Part shown: piece by piece, positions 13,248 through 63,142 of the stretch
Numbering within the stretch: the first letter of the stretch is position 1
Layout: each line of letters starts with the position of its first letter
Notes under the pieces: model-generated
Seen by the model: only the letters and a program-made list of their open reading frames with translations
The model's database searches: none
What the model was told of the DNA's origin: nothing
Translations under genes and position numbers: made by a program
Assembly (NCBI RefSeq): GCF_006345805.1
Contig: NC_042997.1
Location: 106,144,001 to 106,208,000 of the forward strand
Direction of reading: 5' to 3'
DNA length: 64,000 nucleotides
DNA from: Octopus sinensis
Lineage: Eukaryota

Positions 13248-14964
13248 GTTATAAATACGTATGTATTTATTCGTCTTTGCATGTATACAAATATACACAC
13301 ACGTACGCATGCACGCACGCACACAAACAGCTGTGGATACGATGAATACTGCTTAGAACACCTGAAGGAAATGAACCAGTGGGAGGTGTTTACCCATCAC
13401 TGCAAGACAACTAACAGGAAAGCTAAGCATATGTTCATCTCTTTCTTAGCTAACCATACGTTCTCATACCATCGAAAGTGTGGGTTGGTAGCAGGCATGG
13501 TCTCCTACCTCGTGGTTCACTAATGATATTCCAGAATCTATCAACATGCTATTTATTCAACATAATTCTAGAGAAGCGACCTGCTCGATCTCAACTCCGT
13601 ACACCAATAATTCTCTTTTTCACTCTCTCCTCACCTGACTCTGTTTATCTAAGTCTCTCTCTCTCTCTCTCTCTCTCTCCCTTTCTCCTTCTCTCTACCT
13701 GCCTAAGTATCTGTCTATTTTATCCATCTTGCTATCATATTTCTCTATGTTACCAGCCTGTATACACAGCGAACAGTTTCGAAAACATTTTTCATCACCC
13801 CCAAATGTAACAAATATCTGTCTTGGGAAGCGAGAATTGGACATACTGCCTTAGTGCGGGCCTTGAGCATTGAACAAAACAAGGGTGATGAGAGAAGCAG
13901 AGATAAAATACCTGAGTAGATGTGACATGATCTCGACTACCTCCGATACGTAGAAAGGGTGGTGTATATCTGTGAGCAATTTCATGCCAATCGGTGGTGT
14001 TACCGTTTTCTTGAAGCAGAATATGTATGAATGTATGTGTGTGTGTGTGTGTGCGCGTGCGTACATGTATGTGCCCATACATAGTTACGCATATACACAC
14101 ACACATATATATACATATACACATACATACACATGCATACACACAGACAGACAGACGTACGTACATACATATTTAGTCATATGTCTGCATTATTTCACTG
14201 GTGTAAAAACACCTCTGATCACTCAGATACTGAGATCTCAGGGGTTATGCAGCCACGGCTCTTAAAGAAAGCAGATTCTGATTGGAAAATGGATAAAGTG
14301 TGTACCTGTTTTTTTACTACCCACAAGGGGCTAACACAGAGAGGACAAACAAGGACAGACAAACAGATTAAGTCGATTATATCGACCTCAGTGCGTAACT
14401 GGTACTTATTTAATCGATCCCCCGAAAAGATGAAAGGCAAAGTCGACCTCGGCGGAATTTGAACTCAGAACGTAACGGCAGACGAAATACCGCTAGGCAA
14501 TTCGCCCGGCGTGCTAAAAAATGTATAAAGTTTGTACCTATTAATCAATTCCAGTCACGCCAGTTGTTGACAATTGCTAGTTGATGTAGCAGCTACTGGA
14601 TGTTGTCGAACGACTATTAAAACGGAGACAATTGACCCAACACATAAAATTTTGATCCATTATTTTCATTAGAAATTCAAGCAAAATTTCCGTAAGGTTT
14701 CAATAAAAACGAAAAATTAAGGCGTCGAAGGGGGATTGCATACCCTGTGCGCAGGTAAACTTTTTCGAAAATCATTGTGTGGCTTACAATGCGTTGCCTA
14801 CCCTGCTTTTTAATTCAACTGATTCTTTTAAGTATCACCTTTACAGGTATTTATACTATGGTGAAATTAAGAAATCAACTCGTAAATAAACGAAACCCTC
14901 GAATCTTTCAGTGTACACGCGCGCACACGCACGCACACATTTACGCACACGGACACACAGTCGC

Positions 14965-14995
<31 letters not shown>

Positions 14996-15419
14996 TGTAT
15001 GTATGTGTGTATCTAAGTATGTATGTATCCACAAGTTTTCGTTTAAAGATAATCAATCCAAATGTTCATTTTGAACGACTCACTCAATGAGTATTTCTGC
15101 CGAATGTGGTAAAAATCCGTCCAGCTGGTTTCCAGTAATTTTGCAAACACTCAGTGAAACAGACAAAGAAGAGTGATTACAAAACCCTGCTTTCGCTTAC
15201 GCGCGCAGGATAGTTATGAAACATTATCATGAATTAATGGATTAGAATTAACTATAGTGCTCTATAGATGACAGTTTGGCTTCTTAGAAGACACAGCAAA
15301 CTGTAACAAAGTATGCAGTTTCTGAAAGTGACAAACCGTGTTTCGGGTAAATAAAAGAAGTTCTTACAGTGGGCCGACACTTTGGTTCTTATGTCCTCAG
15401 AAGTACTTTAAATAGTATG

Positions 15420-16330
15420 TATACTGAGTGACCCTTCTCTTGAAGTCACTGGTTGTGAGTCTGTGTGTGGTTCTTCGGGAATACGATCCCGGAGTCAGAG
15501 ACGGTGCTTCACATGAGCAATGATGCGACATTCCATGTGCATATTAACAAAAAGGTAAAATTGTGCAGGCGAGTGGCTACATGGATTCTGAGAGAATACG
15601 GACGTCAAATTGACCCAGGTTGCCTCCATGCTGGTCTTTGGCATGATGGGAGAGTGTGGAGAATTATTTTTTATCGTCATATTGTCTGAAATGTCCATTT
15701 AGTGTCTCTGCAATGACTCAGGACATCTCACCCATGTATATTATGTTCTCGTCTTTACAAGCACTCTCTATGCACCTTATACTGGAGACTACATTTCTAG
15801 TTCTACAGTAAATGAGTGAGTTAATCTTACATACAATGCAGTTATCATAGAGGTACGTCCTGCATAGATGTGATCTGATGGATCTCACTTGCTTTTCAAC
15901 GATCTGAATGTTGAGTTTAGCCTCCTTCAGAACTAAAGGCTAGTTCTCCATGGGCTGTGGCCTCTACAGACATCACTCCTTGATATTTGTCAGTCTTGTA
16001 CCACATGTTCAACCTATTTGCTTTGTCACAAACTCTCTGTATCCTATTCCAGTCTTAACTTCTACATCTAAGGCACATACCACTGGTTTCATTACATATA
16101 ATGCTATCTAACTTCTTTCTAGCATTCCTGTATACCCGAATCCTATCTTTCTGATCATATCCAGGGAATTGCATGCGGTGCATGAAGCTCTGTACATGTT
16201 TCTTTGTTTCCTAGAGTTCGCATAGTGTGGACACGTTGTTCATTATCGTAATTACGATAATGAACAGTATGTTGATTTTCATGTGTGACAAAGCTGAGTT
16301 CTTGTGAACAACATATTTAGAAGTTATAGG
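15420..16330 (-). mobile_element. Degenerate PLE thumb/linker/EN fragment, same family as 10511-10980
   Basis: FMHRMQFPGYDQKDRIRVY, VMSVEAT..GELA, NCRTRNVVSSIRCIESAC; DNA similarity to 10690-10960. Confidence 0.7.
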
Positions 16331-16351
16331 TTTCATGTAATAGAAGTGGGA

Positions 16352-16451
16352 NNNNNNNNNNNNNNNNNNNNNNNNNNNNNNNNNNNNNNNNNNNNNNNNN
16401 NNNNNNNNNNNNNNNNNNNNNNNNNNNNNNNNNNNNNNNNNNNNNNNNNNN
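16352..16451. other. Assembly gap (100 N)
   Basis: Run of N. Confidence 1.
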
Positions 16452-16720
16452 AGGGATACTAGACAACCTAACTTTGAGATACAAAGCTATTCCAATCCTC
16501 GAATTGGATGCCGCTGCATAGTACCAAAGCCCCACCTTTTCCATCAAGAATAATAGTTTTACTCAACAGCTCAGAGGTCAAGAGCTCAGTGGGTTTCAGT
16601 TCCTCTCCAAAATGCCTAAAAGACAAAAATAAGTGTGTTAAAAATAAAATTTATCTGACATTCCTGATGAACGACATTACGACAAGAAACGCAAATATGG
16701 TAAGTGTTTTCCAACACACT
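16452..16720 (+). mobile_element. Degenerate CR1-type LINE 3' fragment
   Basis: RIGCRCIVPK...PKCLKD...IPDE, resembling the C-terminus of the 9470-10160 element. Confidence 0.5.
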
Positions 16721-17154
16721 GATTTACCAGGACCACATACAAGGGATGGGACATGGAAGTAAAATTAAATAAACTAGTAATCACACCAAAGGAAGGGCCT
16801 CAGCATGGCCACAGCATCTAACACACACACACAGAGGGATAGACAAACACATAGACAGGAAGAGAGAAATTTATATATACATGTATGTATGTTTATGTAT
16901 ATTCTTTTTGTTCTTCTATTCTTTTACTTGTTTCAGTCATCTGACTGCTGCCATGCTGGAGCACCGCCTATAGTCAAATAAATTGACCCCAGCACTTATT
17001 CTTTGTAAACCTAGTACTTATTCTATCGGGGTCTGATGCTGATCCACTAAGTTACGGGGACGTAAACACACCAACATTGGTGGTCATGAGACAGTGAGGG
17101 GACAAACACAGACACACACACACATACACACAGACACACACACACGCACACACG

Positions 17155-17191
<37 letters not shown>

Positions 17192-17223
17192 TATACATAT
17201 ATATATATTATATATTATATTAT

Positions 17224-17259
<36 letters not shown>

Positions 17260-19139
17260 CGACGGGCTTCTTTCAGTATCCGTCTACCAAAGCCACTTAC
17301 AAGGCTTTGGTCGGCTGAGGCTATAGTTGAAGATACTTGCCCAAGGTGCTATGCAGAAGGACTGAACCTGGAACCATGTGGCTGGTAAGCAAGGTACTTA
17401 CCATATAGCCACATGACGGGTTTCTTTCAGTTTCTATCTACCAAATCTACTCACAAGGATTTGGTCGGCCCGAGGCTACAGCATATGTGTGTGTGAGTGA
17501 ACGTGGGTATGCGGATGTGTCTCTGTGTGTGTCCACTTAGCGGTTCGGCAAAAGGTTTTAAAAATAAGTAGGGGGGGGGGGCAATTTATTCGACTAAAAC
17601 CCTTAAAGGCGATCTTGTAGCACGGCTGCTGTCAAATGACTGAAACGAGTAAAACAATCTTTTCTACTCTGGGTAAAAGGCCCGAAATTCCTTTGAGGGA
17701 TGCAGTCGATTAGATCGACCCCAGTACGCAACTGGTACTTAATTTATCGACCCCGAAAGGATGAAAATCAAAGTCGACTTTGGCGGAATTTGAACTCAGA
17801 ACGTAACGGCGGACGAAATACGGCCACGCATTTCGCCCGGCGTGCTAACGATTCTGCCACCTCGCCCCCTTACGAGTAAAAGAATAAAAGAATAATGATT
17901 AAAGATAAACGCAACGATGCTTCGGACTAAGTAAGCCACTTGATTTTTTAAAGCAAAGTTTCTCTGGAGTTTGCGAAGGAAAAAAACCATTTTCCTCACT
18001 CTTCTTTAATCACAAAACCTGACCCATTTCCAACCTTTCAGACCTTAACCCTCAATTCTAACCCTAAATTTCTACCTAAAGGCTACATCCTAAACGCTAA
18101 CCTAGTTCTAACTTCATACTACTAACCTAATACCCAAACATTAACCCTAATCTATAGTCGCAGAATAGCAATCTTCTCTCTCCAAATTACAATTCTGAAA
18201 AAGTTGTAACTGAAAACATAACGACAGGTTGAGTACTTCGAAACGGAAGAAATGGGGACTTGAATATGATAAAATTACAATTTTGCAAAATATTTTTTAT
18301 TTACAGAATAATGATCTTCCTTGTCTAAAACATAGAGATCTGTAACATTTTAGAAACAAAGACGTAGAAAGATAATGTTGGGTGCCGAACTCGAAATTCT
18401 GTTAGATGTAGGAAACTTGTCCAATTAGACAGACATCCACGCTCCGGTAAATATTGGTTTCAAATTTTGGCACAAAGTCAGCAATTTCGGTGGAAGAGGC
18501 TAAGCTGATTACATCGACCCAAGAACCCAACTGGTACTTATTTTATCGATCAGCGGAATATGCAATGTAAATATTAAGAGCTCTGTAGCGTAAATATCGA
18601 TTTCGAATTTTGGAATAAGAGCAGCAAGTTCGGGAGAGATGGTAAGTCGATTACCTCGACCACAGTACCCAACTAATACTTACTTTATCGATTCTCTAAA
18701 GGATGAAGGGCAGTATCGATCTCGACGGAATTTGAACTCAGAACGTGAGCACTGGCCAAATACTACTAAGTAGTTTTCCATATAATACAGATTTCAAATT
18801 TTGGCACAAGGCCAGCAATACTGGCACTTATTTTATCGACCCTAAAAGGATGAAAGGCAAAGTCGACCTTGGCGGAATTTTAACTCAGAAAGTAAAGATG
18901 GACGAAATGCCGCTAAGCGTTTTTCCCGGCGTGCTAACGATTCAGCCAGCCTGCTGCCTTACGCTCCTGTAAGCGCACAAGATGTTTCTAGGGTGTTCAG
19001 AAACTCGCTTTGGAGCGGCTCACAGTATTTTTGAGATTGTAAAACAGTGACTACGAAATTGTACACAATTTCACCACTGTGCGGCTTTCAATTCGCCTTT
19101 AACAACTTTAGCCAGCAACGATAGGTATTGTTTTATATA

Positions 19140-19520
19140 TAAGTGCGAGGAATACTAATGCATTATATGGGGATTGGACAATAAGCGTAAACCAGTGTCC
19201 ACGGTGGTTCCAGAAATTTCAAGCCGGAAACTACAGCCTAGAAAACGATCCTCGTCCTGGAAGATCTGTAGAACTCGACGAGGACGTCCTGCAAATTGGT
19301 TTACGCTTATTGTCCGATCCCCATATACTGCATTAGTATTCCTCACACTTTCCGTTGCGTTGTTGTCTTTATTGAACTCATAAAGCAAAATATACCGAAT
19401 ATGCTCTTTGAAATTTCCATTATAGCTTTGAAAAAGTAACTATTAAAATTGAACTGCACTCTTCAAAACTTACAGTAAGAATAAGTACAAGGTAAAATTC
19501 CTACCTGCTTCTATACCAAG
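19140..19520. mobile_element. Rearranged mariner 5' fragment
   Basis: Minus: LYEFNKDNNATESVRNTNAVYGDRTISVN. Plus: SARNTNALYGDWTISVNQCPRWFQKFQAGNYSLENDPRPGRSVELDED. Confidence 0.75.
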
Positions 19521-19785
19521 GTGATGCAAGTAGTTTACTCCATTCCCCTCCGACTTTTAGTTCATGCAATTGAAAAATCCGCATTATTTATGGGATGACC
19601 CAATATATATACGTGTGTGTGTGTGTGTGTATGTGTGCGCGCGCGTACGTGTGTGTATGTGAGTGAGTATGTGTGTGTGTGTGTGCGCGCGCGTATACAA
19701 GTGCATTTGCCTTGGATCAGAAAATATCACAAATATCGAAAAATTAACTCCTTGATTTTAACCTAGGTCGAATTAAAAGAAACTA

Positions 19786-20505
19786 CAGGGGTTGGACGGA
19801 ATAATGGAAACACCTAGCCTCATAATTTTGAAATATCTATAAAACCGTCAAAAGCTTGTTTATTTTTATGTTTGGTTTTTTATCATTTGTGTTGATTAAT
19901 ATGTTTTGCTAAAATTGCTGTTTCTTTTCAGATATCATCAGAAAAAGGTGATTAAAATTCATTAAAATGACATATGTATTGTCTTTTCAAAGAAGTCAAA
20001 TTGTTGGTCTTGTATGGCAGGCACTAGCGTAATGAAAACAGCCGAAATGTTTGGTGTGTCAAGAAGCACTGTCTCGAAAGTAATGACAGCCCTTGAGAAA
20101 GAGGGAAAAACGTCCTCGTCAAAACAAAACTCCGAAAGAAAAGCCAAAACTTTCAGATATGGACCATCGCATTCTTACGCGAATTGTTAGAAAGGTTCAC
20201 AAAAGTACAGCTCAGAAAATTACTGCAGAGCTTAATGACCACCTCGAGAACATTTATTGAACATTTATGGTGCATTTTAGAAAAAAAAGTAAGGAGTCGA
20301 TATCCTCCACTATCATCACTACAAGAACTGGGGACTGTATTAGTTGAAGAATGGACAAAAATTCCTTTGGAAACAATTCAAATTTTGTACGAGCCCATAT
20401 CTCGTAGAAATCAAGCTGTAATTACTGCCAAAGGCAGTCCTACTCCATATTAAAATAAATTTGTTTGAAATTTTAAGGTTTTGCCATTATTTTGTCCAAC
20501 CCCTG
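19786..20505 (+). mobile_element. Tc1-family element with both TIRs and TA TSD, internally deleted
   Basis: TA|CAGGGGTTGGACggAATAATGG ... CCATTATTTTGTCCAACCCCTG|TA; peptides KTAEMFGVSRSTVSKVM and IEHLWCILEKKVRSR..EEWTKIP..AVITAKG. Confidence 0.9.
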
Positions 20506-20602
20506 TAAGTGTGAACAATATCTCAAAGATATCATATCCACTCTACACACTAATTCCCCTTCTCCTCTCCCTCAGTCTCTCTTCCTCTCTCTCTCTCTTT
20601 CG

Positions 20603-20650
<48 letters not shown>

Positions 20651-21670
20651 AACACGCGCACAGGAAAACGTACAGTTCACCAGTAAAACACACTCCATCT
20701 TACATTTACATATTTTCTCACTGGCATAGTCAATTTTCTTTCTTACATATTTACATAGATCTAGATTGTCACTCAAAACACGAATAATCACTCCATGAAA
20801 CACGCAACCATATAATCATTAGCAGTTGCCCGCACAAATGCACACCCTTTTTACACAAAGATTTATTGTTGCTAATGTATCAATATATACAAACACTTGA
20901 AGACAGACAGACGTATGTTGTCAAACACATAATCATAGACTCAGTCACACTCAAGCGTCAGTCTTACTTTCGCACTGTCACTGTGAAAGCACAATATTCA
21001 TACACGCACAAACACCAATCTTATCCATAACGCTTACGTGACATGCACATATTTACGCAGTCACATGAATTTATTCATAAACAACGCATACATATATACA
21101 TACACACACACACACACACACTCTAGCGCAGGAGTAATATACGTTCACGTAAAGTGACAATAGCATTTGGCAGACGACAGAAATGTATCGCAAGAACAAA
21201 TAGCAGATATGAATACATAGATTTTTTTTTTTTTACCTCTTGCACTTTCTATGCTAAGTAAATTGTGCCGAGGTCATGGCTTGATGGATTGTTTCGTACC
21301 AAGGTGCTTCCGCAGGTCTATTACGTACACACACACACACACACCACACACACACACACCACACACACACACACACACATACACACATACACGCACATAA
21401 TACGTATGTGTAATAGATGTATACATATATGCATATATATATATATATATATATACATATATATGTATATATGTATCTATATATATGTCTGTGTGCACAT
21501 ATGTATATATATATATATGTATGTATATATGTATGTATATATGTATTTATATATATATATGTATATATGTATATATATATATATATATAATAAATATATA
21601 TGTATGTATGAATGTATGAATGTATGTATGTATATATGTATCTATATATATATGTCTGTGTGCACATATG

Positions 21671-21719
<49 letters not shown>

Positions 21720-21758
21720 CATATATATGTATATATGTATGTACATATATACGCATGC

Positions 21759-21821
<63 letters not shown>

Positions 21822-21829
21822 TGTGTACG

Positions 21830-22135
21830 CGCGTGGTCTGGTGGTTAGGGTATTCGGCTCATGATCATAAGGTCGTGAGTTCAATTCCCGTCCATGCGTT
21901 GTGTCCTTGAGCAAGACTCTTTATTTCACGCGTTGTTCCAGTTCAATCAGCTGGCAAAAATGAGTTGTACCTGTATTTCAAAGGGTCGGCCTTGTCACAC
22001 TCTGTGTCACGCTGAATCTCCCTGAGAACTACGACAAAGGTACATGTGTCTGTCGAGTCCTCAGTCACTTGCACGAACATTTCCCGAGTAGGAGGTTCCG
22101 TGGATCGGATCAACTGTAACCATCGTGGAGTGCCA
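21830..22135 (+). mobile_element. tRNA-derived CORE-SINE family B
   Basis: A/B boxes, CORE-like gtgtccttgagcaagac; reverse copy at about 41800-42110; related copies at about 62130-62355 and 11760-11950. Confidence 0.8.
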
Positions 22136-22456
22136 GCTAGTTGTATATATGTATATATGTATGTATATATTTATATATATATACATATATATATTTATGT
22201 ATGTATGTATGTATGTATATATGTATATAGATATTTATGCATATATTATATATATATATATACGTTTATATGTATATACGTATGTATATATGTATTTCTA
22301 TGTGTATATATATTCTTTGTAAGCCCAGTACTTATTCTATCGATCTCTTTTTGCCGAACCGCTAAGTGACGGGGACGTAAACACACCAGCATCGGTTGTC
22401 AAGCGATGGTGGGGGGACAAACACAGACACGCAAACATATACACACACATACATAC

Positions 22457-22498
<42 letters not shown>

Positions 22499-22799
22499 AT
22501 ATATGTGTATATATATATATATGTTATATATATATATGTATATATATGTATATATATATATACATATATTCGACTGGCTTCTTTCTGTTTCCGTTTACCA
22601 AATCCACTCACAAGGCATTGGTCGGCCCGAGGCTATAGCAGAAGAAACTTGCCCAAGATGCCACGCAGTGGGACTGAACCCGGAACCATGTGGTTGGTAA
22701 ACAAGCTACTTACCACACAGCCACTCCTGCGCCTATATCTGTATATATATGTATTTACATATATATATGCATATATATATGTACATATATATGTGTCTT

Positions 22800-22858
<59 letters not shown>

Positions 22859-23286
22859 TGTGCGTGTGTGTGTATGTATATATATATATATATGTATTTA
22901 TAATGTATATAAATGTATGTATTTATGTATATGTGGATTTATATATATAGGTATATATGTATTTACATATATATATATATATGGTATATATATATGTATA
23001 TATATATGTATTTATATATATATATGTATATATGTATATGTATGTATATGTATTTAATGTATGTGTATTTATATGTATATGTATTTATATATATATTATA
23101 TATATATATTTATAATATATAATATATATATATATATATGTCTTTATATATATATGTATATATATATATATGTATTGCCATATAATATATTTATATGCAT
23201 TTATACATGTACATATATATGTAAATATATATATTTACATATATATGTATTTGTTTATGCATGAATGTGTATGTTCGTGCTTGTGT

Positions 23287-23329
<43 letters not shown>

Positions 23330-23331
<2 letters not shown>

Positions 23332-24591
23332 ATTTAGTACGTTTTTGTAATTGATTCATTTATTTGTTCATTCATTTACTTGGTATCTGAAAATACGCGT
23401 AAAGTCACTCGAGGAAATATTCCAATTTACCGGCGTCATTTATAACAATACAGGTTTACATATTATTTTTGCTTATTTTATCTTTTTCATCATTTCCTTT
23501 TTCTAATCTTCAGATTAATATCTGAGGTCTTTCCCTCTTTTTTAGGAAAAAAAACAGCTTCGATATCGATTATAGCTTGATTATATTGACACGAGAATAT
23601 AATTCTCTTGTCACTTTCTTGACAGTTTCGAGATAATCCAGACAATGTCTTGGAAAGCCGTTGATTATTAAAACAAAGTATATACTCTTTTAACGGAGAG
23701 AGCTTAAACCAAAACTTGATCCGTTTTTCTGTATTTATTTCTAACACAAACATCGGTGTCAACAATCTTTAGTACAGAGGAAATGGAAATTTCTGATATA
23801 TATATGCCTTTCTTGTTGTCTTTGATAATATTATTGTATTCAATCGGCTCCAACTGGGAATCGAGATTTTAACACCAAATTGATTCATCGAAATTTCACC
23901 TCGATCTGTTGCCATTTCTTTCTCATTCTCATTCTACAGCTATAACTTATAACCATTTTTTATACGACAAGTCGACTTCTGAAGTACCAGTACTCAACTG
24001 AGCATCATTTTACACAATTCTTAGACACCATTTTAAAAGAAACTCGTATGGTCAATCCCATCGTGACAAATATTCATAAAATTATATAAATTCAGAACTA
24101 CAAGCCAATGAAACGTTCGTTAGTTATGAGGTCACCCTCCCCTAGAACAGATAATGTAGACAATCAACCATCAGTTTGTATTCCACTGCATTCGTTGAGT
24201 TTCCTTCTTTTGTAAGACCATTAAGATATTTTTCTTTCCTTATTCCTTATTAAGAAATTATTAGGTTCTTTCTTTTTTTAAAGATCTGCTTTCAAGAGTA
24301 GCTTAGTTATTTCTGTAGATAATGGTTTTCTAAGGAACTTGCAGAACTCGTTTTAAAATATCTATTTTAGAAATGAATCGCCATCGTTGAGGAGTTACGC
24401 AAAAAATTACGTAGACCTCAAGGCAAACAAAAATGCTTTTAGGAAGACCGTGAACTATTATTACTGTAATTTCCGTTCATGAGATTGAGAATAAACAAAA
24501 ACAAACTAGAATATTCATAAAATACATTTAGCAAAATCGAAAAAAAAAAACAAAATATTTCTAGAATATTTTCGAATATAAGCGATTGTTT
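23330..24591 (-). other. Probable 3' UTR of the PROSER1-like gene
   Basis: About 1.2 kb of repeat-free AT-rich DNA directly after the stop codon, with minus-strand AATAAA motifs (tttatt on +, e.g. near 23329, 23360 and 23733). The true end is unknown. Confidence 0.35.
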
Positions 24592-60725
<36,134 letters not shown>

Positions 60726-60988
60726 TCTGCACCAGCAATAATATCACGACAATGTACATGAGCTACAACGTATCTCAAAGAATATCTATATAAACAAACG
60801 TAATAGATAGATTGATGTCATAAATATAAACATGACGTCTGATTGGCAACTATCAATAAGAACACAATTTATTAATTACTATAGTTGCTATGTTTAGCTT
60901 CATATTACCCCTGATCGAGTAGATTTAGCATCAAAGGCTTTCCATCTGTAATTACCCTACTTTTCTTTTTTTTTTAAATCTCTATCTC

Positions 60989-61370
60989 TCTATATATATA
61001 AAGCTGAAGTTGTCTGTGTATGGCAGGTTTGGTAGCTATCAACTAACACTATCTCCTCCGAGACCCTGCGGCGCAAGTTGACCAAAATTGAGTGTATGAC
61101 AGAAGAAGGTTTGCTCTTCCTTCCGTAGAAGAGAAAATTCAAATCGGACCGTGTTAAAACCAAAAATTATTTACATCAAAAAGGTGCTTTTTTTCTTTGA
61201 AAATCCCTATTTTTTACGATTTTTTGACTACTGTGTCACCATTTTTCAGTGTATTTCAACCAGAAAAATGTTCACTTAAAGAGAATAACAAGCTACATAA
61301 TGCAAAAGTTTTACTTTTCAAAAATTCCAATTCTAAAGAGTGGAAACAAACCTGAGCAACGATACTGCTA
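60989..61370 (+). mobile_element. Non-autonomous Helitron, related subfamily
   Basis: TCtatatatataaag start; ends gagcaacgatactgCTAG|t (hairpin partly deleted). Confidence 0.7.
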
Positions 61371-61449
61371 GTAAAAGTAATGTTTTCCAGGTTACGTGAT
61401 TTAATATACGCTATTTCTGTTTGTTTGTTTGTTTGCAACAATAACACTT

Positions 61450-62110
61450 AATTTGACAATAGACTTCAGTGTTTAGTGCAAATTGTTGGTTTCATTTTGT
61501 TGGCCAGTATTTCACTGTAACCGACATTGGTGACTGTAAATCCCTTTCAAAAATGATGTTCCAGTATAGGCCCTTTTGAGTCCCAAAAGATGGTTTGCAT
61601 CGCTTTTCCTGAGGAAGGTTGAGTCTTGAGTTTCTTTTCGCTGATGATTCCGGGTGTTCCCACTCCATACTCCACCTTTTGGATTCTGACTCAAAGTGAT
61701 GGGACCAATCTCATCAACCGTGACTATTCTCTTCTAAAACGTGTTGTCTTCATTGATGTAGCGATCGAGCAAGTGTTAACAGCTCCCCACATGATTGTGC
61801 TTATGCTCTTCAGTAAGCTCTTTTGGCACTCATCTCGCACAGACTTTACAGAAGCGAAGAGCTTATAGATGATCTCATTTGCAGAGTCCTGACTAATTTT
61901 CAGAGAACATGCCACCTCGTTGATGGTTACTCTTCGGTTTGACAGAACCATCTGTCGAGCTTGCTTACTCTTCACATCAATGGTGAAGGTTGATACACGC
62001 CCTCCCTGTTCGTGTATCATGCATGTTTAAACCTCTCGTGTATCACACTTTTTAAACTTCTCGATCCACTCATATAGACTTCTTCACAGTAGAGCGCTGT
62101 CTCCGTTTGT
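61450..62110 (-). mobile_element. Mariner transposase relic
   Basis: GRVSTFT..MVLSNRRVTINEVACSLKISQDSA..; VTVDET; frameshifted. Confidence 0.8.
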
Positions 62111-62477
62111 AATGAAATGGTTAGTCCACTTTACTCAGTAAGGAGCTTAAGGCCGGTTTCCCGGTGTCTCTGTCGTATACATTCCTCCCTGGATAGGATG
62201 CTGAACAGTCGCTGATATACTCATTTTTACCAGCTGAATGAACTGGAGCAATGTGAAATGAAATGTTTTGCTCAAAACAACACACCACCCGGTCCCGGAA
62301 TCGAAACCACCATCTTACAATCATCAGACCATCACTCTAACCACTAAGCTATACACCACCACATTGAACTGAAAGCGTGCAGTGAATTTCAGCCCAGGCA
62401 CACCTTCAGACGAGAGAAATCAGATTACTGATCCCTGTTCTTCGATGGTGCTCATTGCTAGTGGAGTAGCCATACTC

Positions 62478-62689
62478 TTTTACTCTTTTAGTTGTTTCAG
62501 TCATTTGACTGCGGCCATGTTGGAGCAATGTCTTTAGTCGAGCAAATCGACCCCAGGACTTATTCTTTATAAGCCTAGTACTTATTCTATCGGTCTCTTA
62601 TGCCGAACCGCTAAGTTACGGGGACGTAAATACACCACCATCAGTTGTCAAGCGATGTTGGGGGGACAAACACAGACACACAAACATAT

Positions 62690-62722
<33 letters not shown>

Positions 62723-62892
62723 CATATATACGACGGGCTTCTTTCACTTTCCGTCTGCCAAATCACTCACAAGGCTTTGGTCAGCCCGAGGCTATAGCAG
62801 AAGACACTTGCCCAAGGTGCCACGCAGTGGGAATGAACCCGGAACCATGCGGTAGTAAGCTTGCTTACTACTTACCACTCAGCCACTCCTGG
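62478..62892 (-). mobile_element. tRNA-derived CORE-SINE family C with internal (AT)/(GT) tract
   Basis: Head ggagtggctgagtggtaag..gggttcattccc, CORE-like ggcaccttgggcaagtg. Other copies at about 6180-6360, 16915-17420, 22316-22735, 27505-28225, 34055-34410, 50100-50430 and 50505-50925. Confidence 0.8.
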
Positions 62893-63037
62893 CCATGTTT
62901 ACTTTGTAACACAAGAAAGAAAACTGGAGCAATTAAGGTCAAATCTCAAGTACCACCTTTTAGTGCGTGAGCCGTGAAGGTTGTGCGGCCAACCTGAAGA
63001 AGGGCGTTAGCGAAAGTGTTGATAACTTTAGACTTAC

Positions 63038-63142
63038 CTTTGGACATTGAATTATATTCCAAATTCGTTTAATATTATATTTTAAAGATCAAAGTTTTTG
63101 TGAAAAACTACGTGAATAGCCATTTGAGTGCCCACGCAAAGC
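63038..63142 (-). other. Candidate non-coding (5' UTR) exon
   Basis: Acceptor aataattttag|gct and strong donor aag|gtaagt; all three frames closed. It could instead belong to a repeat. Confidence 0.3.
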
